64,000 nucleotides of DNA. Source: Rubripirellula sp. Lineage in GTDB: Bacteria; Planctomycetota; Planctomycetia; Pirellulales; Pirellulaceae. Under the pieces are notes generated by a model. That model searched no databases. It was not told the origin of the DNA and saw only the letters and a list, made by a program, of their open reading frames with translations. This document shows positions 1 through 9,637 of the stretch, piece by piece (position 1 is the stretch's first letter; each line of letters starts with the position of its first letter). The stretch covers positions 5,600,001 to 5,664,000 of the forward strand of contig OZ244207.1 in the NCBI GenBank assembly GCA_965216875.1. The letters run 5' to 3'. The translations under genes were made by a program, and so were the position numbers.

Positions 1-452
1 CTACTGCAATTTGATAGCAGGCCTCGTGCACTCCCAATGCCTAGCGTTCGGACGCCACCTTTTCTGGCCTGCCCTGTAGGTTCAGTGTTGTGTTCGCCGT
101 TGAGAACGGAGGTTCGCAATCGAGTTACGGACGACCGCACAATCGGAATTCGGTACGCCTTCAAACAGTCCGCCATGCGGGTGTGCCGATAAGCACAATG
201 CTGATTGGTACCAGCGTGTTTGCTCGGTTATGTACCCTGTGCCGGGCAAGCAGTGGGATGACTGCTTATTTGCCTGAGCGGTCCCCATTTACCGTCCGCC
301 CAGGTATCACAAGTGCCCTTGGAGTGCCTGGGCGGACCCATTTAGTCCACGGGTGACCACAGCGAATCTGAGGTTAACGGATATCTCGCTCAGCGTTGGC
401 GATCAATGAATTCATCAGCACGTTACGTCCAATTGTCAACGTGCTGTGCAAC

Positions 453-483
453 CCGTCCACTCACACGAGTGGGCGGTTTTTTT
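453..483 (+). terminator. Intrinsic terminator
   Basis: Stem ccgtccactc/gagtgggcgg with a 4-nt loop, followed by T7. Confidence 0.6.
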
Positions 484-625
484 GTATGCGCCGATACACT
501 GGCATGCAGTCCTTCGCAAACGAGAAGGTTGGCGACAAAACCGCACCGAGCATGATTGGTTGGCGAATCAAGAGCCGACACCATTAGTACACATGCGTGT
601 CAATGACGCGCCGTGTGTTGTGCGG

Positions 626-662
626 GCCGCCGGGATTGCTCACAACGTCCCGGCGGCTTTTT
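626..662 (+). terminator. Intrinsic terminator-like hairpin
   Basis: Stem gccgccggga/tcccggcggc followed by T5; lies just past the stop of the convergent ankyrin gene. Confidence 0.5.
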
Positions 663-687
663 CGTTCGCGATCTGTATCTAGCGATT

Positions 688-1236
688 CTACGAAGTCTGA
701 ATCTCTGAAGCGTTCTTTGCACCTCGTGACTTCAAAAACGCAACAACGTTAGCATCTTTGGTGTAGTCCAGCGCAGAGAACAGTACGGTCTTGTCACCGT
801 AAAGGGGATAAAGGCTGTTGACGTTTACCCCAGCTGCGACGAGTTTCTTGACAAGCCTTAGTCTCAATTCAGCGGACTTGCGTTGATTAAGAGCACTGAT
901 GAGTGGCCGGCCGATGTCAACGTCTGCACCTCGCTCGAGCAGCAAGTCAACAATCTCTTCTTGATCCTCACGAATTGCGGCCACGAGCGCCGTAGTCTTT
1001 TCGGGCAATCGCATCACGTTAATGTTGAATCCGTGATCCAGAAGTGCTCGAACAACACTAAGGTGTCCCTGACGAGCCGCTTCCTGGAGATTGGGGGCAG
1101 ACTTTGAGTTGTCACCTTCTTCCGCCAATTCGGGAAACTCACGACACAGGCGTATGACTTCCTCAGTTTGGCCGCGAAAAACGGCAGCTCCCAGTTGGTT
1201 TGGTGGCGCTAACATTCTCTTGTGATCTAGTGACAT
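688..1236 (-). CDS. Ankyrin-repeat protein (possible orphan immunity protein)
   Basis: Ankyrin motifs LQEAARQGHLSVVRALLDHGFNIN, TALVAAIREDQEEIVDLLLERGADVD and LVAAGVNVN. Confidence 0.85.
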   Translation of the reverse strand: MSLDHKRMLAPPNQLGAAVFRGQTEEVIRLCREFPELAEEGDNSKSAPNLQEAARQGHLSVVRALLDHGFNINVMRLPEKTTALVAAIREDQEEIVDLLLERGADVDIGRPLISALNQRKSAELRLRLVKKLVAAGVNVNSLYPLYGDKTVLFSALDYTKDANVVAFLKSRGAKNASEIQTS

Positions 1237-2254
1237 AATGTGCGACGTGGCTTTCTAGCCCTAATCGTATCGCGGTTTGCTTGGCTCCGTTGAAGTGGGT
1301 GAATGGCTTTCTCTGCTTTCGCTACAAAGAACAAGATCTCTCAGCTGTAACGTGGGCAATCTCACAAACGGGATACCGGCCAGGAGCGATGCAACTAATA
1401 GAAACCAAGTACGGCAAACACGACTCGCGATAGAAACGCCGTCAACACAAACACGGCCAGCGCGAACAGAAAGAACACAACATCTCTAATGGACATGGTT
1501 CTATTGTCGATGGTCACCAACTGTCGCATCAACGTTTCTCGCGGACTGTGTGAATCTTAATATTCGCGCCGCGAGCGTCGTGCCGATGCCAAACAAGTCA
1601 CGGTGCTGCCCTGCACTGTGTTGTTGCTCTGCCGCCCAGGGTCACCACCCACGACTCTGGGCGGCTTCACTTCGCAAACACCCAACGTGTTTCGCTTCTC
1701 GGAAAAGTGCCGCTGTTCAGTGTTGCGACGACGCAATCGGGCAACTTACAACTGAACAGATCGGCAACCGCCATTTGCGTACTAGGGGCATGGACGCTGC
1801 TGGCGTCGCCGGTCCTGGATTGAGGTCTCGCGGCCTCCGTCTTGCCACGCGGTCATTCCACTTCCGGCCGCGTGGTTTTTTTGTTGGCTACTTCCTGTTT
1901 GGCTACTAATCGTCACATGCGATACTTTCGGCCGCACGAAGCTGCTTCCCAATCCATACAGCTTCGTCGCTGCTCGTTCTGCCTTACGAGCGGTCCTGCC
2001 CCTTTCAGTTCTGCTGTGAGGGGTTTTTTGTTGACCACTCATCACATGGAGGGCAATCGTTGCCAGGGGCACCACGTGAACGCACGAAGTGGAAACGAAC
2101 ATTCTGGGCTGTGGTCATACTCATTCAGGTCTTGGTGATCGTCTACCTCAGCATCGTGATCATCTACTTGTCCCTGGCCTGAAAGCCTCGCACCATCGCC
2201 CCACCTGGGCCACTACAGTTTCTCATTGATCAAGCCTGACAGATCGCAACAATC

Positions 2255-2359
2255 GGTCACGCGGACACAACACACTCCCAGTCCGTGGCCACGTGATCAT
2301 TCAGCCCGGTCGCGTGGCACTTCTCTGGCCGCGTGATCAATCTGCTAGGTCACGCGGCC
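2255..2359. repeat. Five degenerate 12-bp quasi-palindromic motifs in alternating orientation
   Basis: ggtcacgcggac 2255, ggccacgtgatc 2287, ggtcgcgtggca 2308, ggccgcgtgatc 2327, ggtcacgcggcc 2348. Confidence 0.55.
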
Positions 2360-2478
2360 TCTTTGGCTCTGTTGCATGGAATCACAGGAACCGTTCAATT
2401 GGTCTTGGACCGACTGGCTTGTCATAGCCGTCGGTGGTGCCGTGTTCGCGTTCGCAACGCTTTGGATGGGCTGACCCC

Positions 2479-2664
2479 ATGAACCCTTACGAGCCCAGCC
2501 CCGCCCCATCCGAACCCGAGCCGCCCAAGCGTCGCCGCCGATCGGACGAACTGTCTCTGTCGGAGTGGGCCGTTGTCGCTATGGTTCTTGCCGTGATGGG
2601 CTTCGCGGTGTTGATGGGTGTGCGAGCACTTGAGCTAATCGTTCTTAACCTTAAGCCTGCCTGA
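2479..2664 (+). CDS. Small single-pass membrane protein with N-terminal NPYxSP-like motif
   Basis: MNPYEPSPAP followed by a basic patch and a hydrophobic helix. Confidence 0.55.
   Translation: MNPYEPSPAPSEPEPPKRRRRSDELSLSEWAVVAMVLAVMGFAVLMGVRALELIVLNLKPA
2528..2574 (+). repeat. 47-bp direct repeat, copy 1 (copy 2 at 4695-4741)
   Basis: agcgtcgccgccgatcggacgaActgtctctgtcggagtGggccgtt; copy 2 differs at two positions. Confidence 0.85.
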
Positions 2665-2982
2665 TTCAACTCCTACCCCTCGCTCAAATCCGCGTTCGCC
2701 ATCGCGAATATGAACGGCAATTGCTCCATTCTCTCGCACCGTTCCTTGATAGTCGTTGTATTCAGGGTCGACAATCACGACCTCTGCCGGGTTTGTCAGG
2801 GCGATGCAGCAATACTCGTTGCCATCTTTCTGAACGCTCAACGATTGCAGACGCTTACCATGCTCTTGCTGCCAGGCATCGATTACGTCAAACAGCCCTC
2901 GCATCGAATCCGCTGCAAAGTAGAGCACGTTGCGTCGATTCCTCTTGATCGCCAGTTGTCTTTCTTCCGCCTCTTTTGACAT
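2635..2982 (-). CDS. Hypothetical protein
   Basis: Globular-looking ORF starting MSKEAEERQ; start chosen at the internal ATG. Confidence 0.6.
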   Translation of the reverse strand: MSKEAEERQLAIKRNRRNVLYFAADSMRGLFDVIDAWQQEHGKRLQSLSVQKDGNEYCCIALTNPAEVVIVDPEYNDYQGTVRENGAIAVHIRDGERGFERGVGVESGRLKVKND

Positions 2983-3214
2983 GCCGAATCCCTTGATGAG
3001 TTTCGCCCGCGCACAAAAAAAGCACCCAAGCACGGGGTAGAAGTGCTCGGGTGCCTACGATGGGGCAACATCGATGTGGGTAATCTAGCAATCGTGGAGG
3101 CAGTGTCAATTATTTTTGAATGGCAAGGTGAGAAGCCGTTCAGGTGTTGAACGCCGCCAGCAGCCGCCGCATTATGGATTCAGGCAACAACCATCACTCA
3201 CCAAGGGGCACATC

Positions 3215-4186
3215 ATGAAGTGGCAATCCGCTGGCCTGTATGTTCTTTCGCTGGTCTTTCTCTCAGCACCGGCGACGGCCGAAACCACCTACACCGCGAT
3301 GTTCTGGAACATCCACTCTGGCAACTCGGAAGCGGCAACTATCGGCCGGAACATGGCCGAGAAAGGGAAGGTCGATTTGTGGGGGCTTTCAGAAGTTCCG
3401 TCTGATCCCGCGTTTTTGGCAGCGTTGGAAACTAGCATCGAAACGGCAACGGGAATTGACTACGTCACCAAGATGTCAAACGTTGGCGGCGAAGATCGCT
3501 TAGCGATTCTTTACAACGCTGATCGACTGGAATCTGAACCGTACAGCGGTGACTACACCAGTCCGCTTGAAGACCTTGGCGACAACTTCTTCGAAGTGAC
3601 GGACGTCAATAGTTCGAACACCGTTCGGCCGTCACTCGGCATTCAGTTGCGCGGCGATGGCCAGTCGATCATAGTATTGGTTAACCACTGGAAGGCATCA
3701 GGCGACAGTCGTAGCCGCGGCATTCGCGTTGACCAAGCCGAAGCGACAAACACCTTCATCAGTCGGACGCCTGGCACCCCTATCGTCATCGCTGGCGATC
3801 ACAACATCCCGATCAAGGACAACGGCACTGGCCAGCAGCAACGGGCATTTGAAACGCTTACCCGGAAAGCAGATTACCTTGTGCCCAACAACTCCCGCCG
3901 GAACGTGGGGACATTTCGTAGCGGTAGCGTGTTGGACTCTGTCTTCGTTGCCAACGATCACCCCGACTGGGAATCGGAAACAACGATCATGAACCGGGTT
4001 GGCAACATCCCGGCTCGATCACGGCGGTTTCGCGACAACTCAAGGACCGCCGATCATCGACCTTTGCGGCTGGTGATTCGTAGCGATCGTGATTCAAGGA
4101 TTGAAGCTCTGGAAGAGCGGATAGCGCTGACCCTTGAGCTGCTCGAGATGCTTGAAGAGCAGCTGGCGGATTTGCGAGGGGAGTGA
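3215..4186 (+). CDS. Secreted endonuclease/exonuclease/phosphatase (EEP) family protein with C-terminal coiled coil
   Basis: Signal peptide ending APATA. EEP motifs FWNI, GLSEV, NHWK, IAGDHN, LDSVF and ADHRP. Confidence 0.85.
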   Translation: MKWQSAGLYVLSLVFLSAPATAETTYTAMFWNIHSGNSEAATIGRNMAEKGKVDLWGLSEVPSDPAFLAALETSIETATGIDYVTKMSNVGGEDRLAILYNADRLESEPYSGDYTSPLEDLGDNFFEVTDVNSSNTVRPSLGIQLRGDGQSIIVLVNHWKASGDSRSRGIRVDQAEATNTFISRTPGTPIVIAGDHNIPIKDNGTGQQQRAFETLTRKADYLVPNNSRRNVGTFRSGSVLDSVFVANDHPDWESETTIMNRVGNIPARSRRFRDNSRTADHRPLRLVIRSDRDSRIEALEERIALTLELLEMLEEQLADLRGE

Positions 4187-4247
4187 ATCCAGGCCGGTAC
4201 CAGGAACACTACATGTAACTTCGAACGCTCTATTGTGAGGACTCACC

Positions 4248-4561
4248 ATGCGTATCGCCTTCGCGCTCACTGTTGCTTTGACGTTCCTTGCAAGCCCGTC
4301 CTGACAACCTACTCCTTTGGAATAAAGCTCAAAGATGGACGAAAGTACGAAGCGGATGGCGTTGCATTCGACTGTGGTTCCGATGTTTCGCGGAGGCTGA
4401 AGTGTGACGTGTGGGCAACCGTTTATGCGAAACTAAGGGCTGACAATGGCCCGCCCGCGATGGTGCGTGTGCGAGAATGTGGTTACACGCTTGACTGGGA
4501 TCACTTGGAGTCGTTTTCTTGGTCAGGGCCAACATGCCACCCGGAACGTCCCGATCCTTGA
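4248..4561 (+). pseudogene. Probable frameshifted small secreted protein
   Basis: ATG 4248 gives the signal-like MRIAFALTVALTFLASPS then a stop; protein-like sequence (TTYSFGIKLKDGRKYEADG...) continues in another frame. Confidence 0.35.
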
Positions 4562-4694
4562 TCCGGCCGGCAGCCGCTGGCAACGTTCGTGGGGCATGAA
4601 CGCTGCTGGCGACTTCCCAATCGACGTAACCGCACACCGTCCGCTCGCGTGGTCTCGCTTTTTCGTGAAGTGAACGACTGACAACGACCTCATG

Positions 4695-4741
4695 AGCGTC
4701 GCCGCCGATCGGACGACCTGTCTCTGTCGGAGTAGGCCGTT
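4695..4741 (+). repeat. 47-bp direct repeat, copy 2; decayed paralog of the 2479-2664 gene
   Basis: The TGG (Trp) codon of copy 1 is TAG here, and similarity resumes (gcggtgatggg) after a short deletion. Confidence 0.8.
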
Positions 4742-4821
4742 TTCCTGCGGTGATGGGTGGGTCACATTTACGAAGCAAGCTTCGGTGAACAAATGCCCTG
4801 TCGCGACAGCCTGCCCAGCCT

Positions 4822-5910
4822 GTGTATGCTATCAACCAAATTGCGGGGTGCGGCAAAGAGTCTCCCTCACTTTGTGTTAACTGGGTCGCAGTTATCGTGA
4901 AACACGAAAAAAGGCGGGGCACAATCACACCGACCTGTTTGCTGATGTACAAGGCGCACCAAGTTAACTGGCTCTGGTACTTCCCAATTTGGATACTCGG
5001 GGCCATCATCTCGCAAATGGTCACATTTTGGCGATGGATTGGGGTGAGTTGCCGCTGGTTTGATGAAAAGGTCCTCAATCTCCCTGACCCTAGCCACGAG
5101 AGCATCAGCGGATTTAATCTTGCGGCACCAGTGTTTGGTTTGGCACTAGCACAGGCTGGAGCATTGATCATTGCGGCTCAAGGAAAGTCCGGCTCCGAAC
5201 TTTGGGAGCTTGAGTCGTGGAGATGGAACTGGGCGTTGTATATTATCGGGGTCGTTGTCGCACTCGGAACTTTGGGCGGGATGTACTTCTCAACAACGCC
5301 CACAGAAGGAAGTGACGGCGCAAGACGCACGTTTGACGGAGGCACAATTATGGCACTGCGATGGCTCCCAATCTGGGTCGTGTTGATACTTGGTGGTTCA
5401 TCCGTGATGGCATTCAACGGATTGCTGCCAGGACAAGTGCGAGCAACAGTTGAGCCGACACGGTTCTTGAACTCAAGCAACAAGATTACGCTTAGCGTAA
5501 CGCTAGGGGTTGACGACTTGAACAAGAGTCGGGGGCGTATCTTTTTGCTTCTTGCCCATGAGCAAAACCTGGACTGGGACTTGGGGTCTCCCAAGATACT
5601 CAAGCCCCTAAAAGATGAATACGTTTCTCGCGCTGGCAAATGCTACAACTCTCCAGCTGCCAAAACGGGCTCGCAGCCAGCCGAAACGTCGGGCAGTAAG
5701 GAGTTTGACCCAGAACGAGTTCAGCCACGTGCCATTGAAATCTACGTCGTGCAAAACCGAAAAGAGAGCGACACAATCACGCTCCAGGTTCCACTCATTT
5801 ACGATGACTACAGCAACGATGTGCCGGAACCGAGATTTGAGGACATCGACAGCTTAAGAGCGGCGATTGAAAGTGATCCAAGCAGCTACATCAAGGTAAT
5901 CCACTTCTAG
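4822..5910 (+). CDS. Hypothetical membrane protein (several TM helices plus soluble C-terminal domain); start uncertain
   Basis: 362-aa ORF with hydrophobic segments in the N-terminal half. Confidence 0.65.
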   Translation: MYAINQIAGCGKESPSLCVNWVAVIVKHEKRRGTITPTCLLMYKAHQVNWLWYFPIWILGAIISQMVTFWRWIGVSCRWFDEKVLNLPDPSHESISGFNLAAPVFGLALAQAGALIIAAQGKSGSELWELESWRWNWALYIIGVVVALGTLGGMYFSTTPTEGSDGARRTFDGGTIMALRWLPIWVVLILGGSSVMAFNGLLPGQVRATVEPTRFLNSSNKITLSVTLGVDDLNKSRGRIFLLLAHEQNLDWDLGSPKILKPLKDEYVSRAGKCYNSPAAKTGSQPAETSGSKEFDPERVQPRAIEIYVVQNRKESDTITLQVPLIYDDYSNDVPEPRFEDIDSLRAAIESDPSSYIKVIHF

Positions 5911-5918
5911 GCAGCAAT

Positions 5919-6530
5919 ATGAGTCAGGTTTGGGCAGTTCTTCTGGCAACAGTGGTTCAGGGACAAACGATAAACTTCGAAGTATGTGTTGAAAACAAAA
6001 AAGGCTGCGAGCCTCTTCGTGTCGGCGAGATCGGACTAGAGGTCGTCACCGCAGCTGGCAAACCAAGGCGCGAGAAGATCAAAATCAAGAACGGCAAGGC
6101 GCGCATTGACGTCAATGACAATGATGTCGAGCTTCGAGATGTGACAGTCCTGCCAATCATTCCTGGTGCAACAGTCCATGAGGGGCAGTGCTTCGCGACG
6201 CGGTTGCGAATCAAGAAACCCCACCCTTTGATCAAGATCGAAGTTGAGCAGGTACCGGAAACTCGCAGCTATCGAGGTGTGCTCTACTCAGTGGAAGAAT
6301 CCGACCACGTCGTGCACGAAATCACTTACTGGAACGAGAGGTTTGAAGCTCGGCCGCGACTTGACCATCGTGGAAGAATCATCGACTACGAAATAACCCA
6401 AGGCCCATGTGTCTGTTGCCCAAACATTGAGATTCCTGGTGACGCCGATGCTATTCCTGAGCCCGTCCCGTTAGTCCTAAGTTCAGTGCCAAGCACCCCA
6501 GCCACGCCAAACCCGGCCACGTCACGCTGA
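5919..6530 (+). CDS. Hypothetical exported protein
   Basis: Short hydrophobic N-terminus; starts 8 nt after the previous stop. Confidence 0.6.
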   Translation: MSQVWAVLLATVVQGQTINFEVCVENKKGCEPLRVGEIGLEVVTAAGKPRREKIKIKNGKARIDVNDNDVELRDVTVLPIIPGATVHEGQCFATRLRIKKPHPLIKIEVEQVPETRSYRGVLYSVEESDHVVHEITYWNERFEARPRLDHRGRIIDYEITQGPCVCCPNIEIPGDADAIPEPVPLVLSSVPSTPATPNPATSR

Positions 6531-6615
6531 ACGCAAACCGAATGAACCGCGGCCGCTCGGGAATCTCGGCTTCAAGCAACCGCCGAGGATTCTCAGCGTT
6601 AAACATCGATGTGGT

Positions 6616-7167
6616 TCAGTTCGCGTACTTGGCATCCATGAATGAGATGCGAACAAACGTGGTTTCCACACTGTTGCCATTGCTTGCAGACACCACGAAG
6701 CGAAATCCCTTAAGATCGAACTGACGTTCGGCAGGTCGGCTGCCGGGCTTTGCCTCTGCGATCGCAGCGTCTATTTCGTCTTTGATCACTGAATTGGCCC
6801 GCATAGTGATTGCGGTTGGCGTGCTTGACCATCGCTTCCAAACATCCGTTGCCGAAAGCGGCGTGAAGCCGGCTTGATCGAAGTCGGCCGTGAAGGTTGA
6901 CCAAGTGATTGGCGAAACGGCGATCGCCCATTCAGATGACGTGCAGTTTTCGCGGACCCGATCGAGCAAAAAGACCGTGTCGTAGTCATGCGTTGCGCCA
7001 GCAGTTTCGTCTGCTTGGTCGACGGGCATCCCTGGCATTGTCTCAGTCGGCTCATTCGGATCGGCGACGTCTGCCACGACGTGACTGGGCATAGCGGGCT
7101 GTTCTACCCTACATCCAAGGGTGATTATTAGAGTGGATGCGAAAAGAATTGTCGCTTGACGGTTCAT
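6616..7167 (-). CDS. Putative lipoprotein
   Basis: MNRQATILFASTLIITLGC lipobox. Confidence 0.65.
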   Translation of the reverse strand: MNRQATILFASTLIITLGCRVEQPAMPSHVVADVADPNEPTETMPGMPVDQADETAGATHDYDTVFLLDRVRENCTSSEWAIAVSPITWSTFTADFDQAGFTPLSATDVWKRWSSTPTAITMRANSVIKDEIDAAIAEAKPGSRPAERQFDLKGFRFVVSASNGNSVETTFVRISFMDAKYAN

Positions 7168-7363
7168 GCCTCACCTTCGCTGTGTTCATGCAACGGCGGT
7201 TGACCACCATAGGCTGCCCCACCTCTACTCTGTTGAATAATCAGTCTACCAGCGAACGAACCCTTTGTGCCGTCAGCTTAATCGCTCGAGGATTCGATCG
7301 TTATTCGGCGGCGGGTAGGATTGGCTAAACTATGTCGCGTAGTCCCCATCTGCGTGATCTGAT

Positions 7364-7843
7364 ATGCCGCCGCCTCCGACCAAAAGTCTGCCCACCGTTA
7401 CCACCGCAACAAGGCTTGTCTACCTGGGGCCGTGCTTCCTTCTCGTTTGTGTAGCTGCGACACAGTTCTTTGTCGCTCATCGCACCAATCTAAGCCCGTG
7501 GAAAGGCGGTGGCTTTGGAATGTTTTCAAATAGCGACTCACCGGGCTCACGCAAGCTCGTCTGTGCCGCACTGGCTGATGGGGCTTGGATCCGCGTTCAA
7601 GCCCCAAAAGAATTCGATCGGCTGGAGTCGCGTCTAAGGTCGGTTGGCAGCGACTCGCTGGCACAACAGCTGGCTCGCAAACTCCATGACTTTGATCACC
7701 CTCTCTATTGCTCGGACAGCAAGCAGTACATCGACATTCGACAACTCGAAGCCATCCGAGTTTCACTCTATCGGCAAACGTGGGAACACGACAACGCGAA
7801 GGTAGGTTGGGATCTGCTTGTGCAAGCGGGGACAAAGCCATGA
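7364..7843 (+). CDS. Membrane-anchored partner of an HTTM protein (SdpA-like position)
   Basis: One TM helix followed by SPWKGGGFGMFS; ATGA overlap with the next gene. Confidence 0.65.
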   Translation: MPPPPTKSLPTVTTATRLVYLGPCFLLVCVAATQFFVAHRTNLSPWKGGGFGMFSNSDSPGSRKLVCAALADGAWIRVQAPKEFDRLESRLRSVGSDSLAQQLARKLHDFDHPLYCSDSKQYIDIRQLEAIRVSLYRQTWEHDNAKVGWDLLVQAGTKP

Positions 7844-8718
7844 CCCAAATGCGACAGCAATTGGCCGCGTGGTACGGAACGTTTACCACGTTTGATTTCT
7901 GCAGCATCCTGACCTTAGTGATGCTCGCACAAGTCGGCCCTAGTCAGTCGGTGTTGCGCAGCGTCATTGCTACGATTGCCGTTGTCGGCATCGTTGTTCG
8001 CCCCCTGCAACGGTCAGTCGGGTTGTGGTTCACGATCTGTGTGTTCTACACGGCAGGCATCATCCTGAACTGGTGGTGGCTTGATAATCATGTTTGGCTC
8101 ATCGGATACTTGTGCCTCGCGTTACTCTTCGCGGCCGCTACGCCTGAGCATCAAGACTTAATCGTAATCCTCAATGCACGCTGGCTCATCTTCCTTTGCA
8201 TGGCGTTCGCTGTGCTGTGGAAGCTTGCCTCGCCAGACTATCTGACAGGTTCGTTCTTCACTGAAACCTTACTCACGGACAGCCGTTTTTTTGGTTTCGC
8301 TTCCCTCACTACTGGCATCCCAATTGCCGACCTCTACGCCAATCACACCCTCATTCATGGCTACGTCCCGGGCGGCATCGCCCAGCCCCCGGTGCTGACC
8401 ACAACCGGCGCGGTTGAAACCGTTGCCGCATTTATGACGTGGTGGACGATTGGTATCGAATCACTGCTGGCCGTGCTTTTCCTTCTGCCAAGCAATCGGT
8501 GGGTCGTAGCGTGCCGCAGTTGCGTCCTGCTCTTGTTCATTGGCACAACGTACTGGTTCGCCCCGGTGCTGGGTTTTGGCTGGGCTTTGGCGATTTGCGG
8601 GCTAGCCTCCGTTCGTCAGCACGGATTCAGGGTCGCATTTCTGCTTGCATTCTTCTTTGTGCAGCTCTTCCAAGCTCCCTATGAGTCGGTTTTTCGTGCC
8701 CTTGGTTTTCTAAATTGA
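7840..8718 (+). CDS. HTTM-like (SdpB/vitamin K-dependent carboxylase-related) integral membrane protein
   Basis: Multi-TM protein with LDNHVW and FAVLWKLASPDYLTG motifs. Confidence 0.6.
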   Translation: MTQMRQQLAAWYGTFTTFDFCSILTLVMLAQVGPSQSVLRSVIATIAVVGIVVRPLQRSVGLWFTICVFYTAGIILNWWWLDNHVWLIGYLCLALLFAAATPEHQDLIVILNARWLIFLCMAFAVLWKLASPDYLTGSFFTETLLTDSRFFGFASLTTGIPIADLYANHTLIHGYVPGGIAQPPVLTTTGAVETVAAFMTWWTIGIESLLAVLFLLPSNRWVVACRSCVLLLFIGTTYWFAPVLGFGWALAICGLASVRQHGFRVAFLLAFFFVQLFQAPYESVFRALGFLN

Positions 8719-8734
8719 CTCGCGTCCCCCTTTT
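8713..8734 (-). repeat. Short REP-like motif AAAAGGGGGACGCGAGTCAATT
   Basis: Similar to aaaaggggacgggggtcttttt at 24459-24481, which lies beside a RAYT remnant. Confidence 0.4.
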
Positions 8735-8783
8735 CGGTGTATATTTTCGGGTCGATTCGATCTGCCTACCCAAAGCCGAAGCC

Positions 8784-8924
8784 ATGAAAAAAATTGCTTT
8801 AATCGCAGCCGCATTGTTGGTACTCGGGACAGCCACCGCATACGCGTTCAATGCGTTTGAGGGTGGGCCAACATCTGGTTATGAGGAAGACCGACCTGTG
8901 CCAGCGGCCCCTGAAGAAGACTGA
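8784..8924 (+). CDS. 46-aa secreted acidic peptide
   Basis: Signal peptide MKKIALIAAALLVLGTATAYA, then FNAFEGGPTSGYEEDRPVPAAPEED. Confidence 0.6.
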   Translation: MKKIALIAAALLVLGTATAYAFNAFEGGPTSGYEEDRPVPAAPEED

Positions 8925-8983
8925 ATTGAACTGCTAGAAATGCGATTAGATCTAGCTGAGGCCCACCTGTCGAATGCCGATTC

Positions 8984-9637
8984 ATGCACCAAGTTCCAAC
9001 CGATGACATCCGGCAGGTAGGCAAAGGCCTTGTCCGAACCTTCAGGTTAAACTGTCCTAGTTGCGGTGAGTCGGGCGTCTTTTCCACTATGCATCCGACC
9101 CCATCCCCACCAGCTAAGACGACAGTTTGTATTGCACATTGCCCCGGCTGCAATTTCCGAATCCGAGTGGTGAACATAGAGGACGATGACGGACTGCTGG
9201 TATTCGTCCATCCAGAGCCATCGACGCGTCTACCGCTTGGCGAGAGAATCACCGCGATCGAAGCGGTCGATCGAGCATACCACTCAGCGGTCAACGCCTA
9301 TAACTCAGGGTTATGGCCGTCGTGTGCTGTCGCATGCAGAAGGACTTTGGAAGGGATCATCAAAGTTCGAAGCGACGAGAGTGACGGTACCCTATTTGCT
9401 CGCTTGCAGTCTTTCTTTGAAAACGAGGATCTTTCGGAACCGTTGATTCATCTTACAGGGCGAATTCGCGAAGGAGGTAACCTGGGGGCTCACTTCGATC
9501 TTGAAAAGGAGCCGACAGAAGAAGTCGCTCGGATGATGCTCGACTTGATCGAGTACTTCTTGGAGTTTCTTTTCATACTCCCCGTGCGGTCAAGGGCGTT
9601 AGAAGAGAGCTTGGGTCAATTAGATAGCGACAGTTAG
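8984..9637 (+). CDS. Zn-ribbon plus DUF4145 (HEPN-like) protein
   Basis: CPSC...CPGC; CAVACRRTLEG and IREGGNLGAHFD (R-x4-6-H). Confidence 0.8.
   Translation: MHQVPTDDIRQVGKGLVRTFRLNCPSCGESGVFSTMHPTPSPPAKTTVCIAHCPGCNFRIRVVNIEDDDGLLVFVHPEPSTRLPLGERITAIEAVDRAYHSAVNAYNSGLWPSCAVACRRTLEGIIKVRSDESDGTLFARLQSFFENEDLSEPLIHLTGRIREGGNLGAHFDLEKEPTEEVARMMLDLIEYFLEFLFILPVRSRALEESLGQLDSDS

Noticed and set aside
1237..2200. Toxin fragment or other genes upstream of the ankyrin gene
   Set aside because: No frame gave a recognisable motif; possibly decayed sequence.
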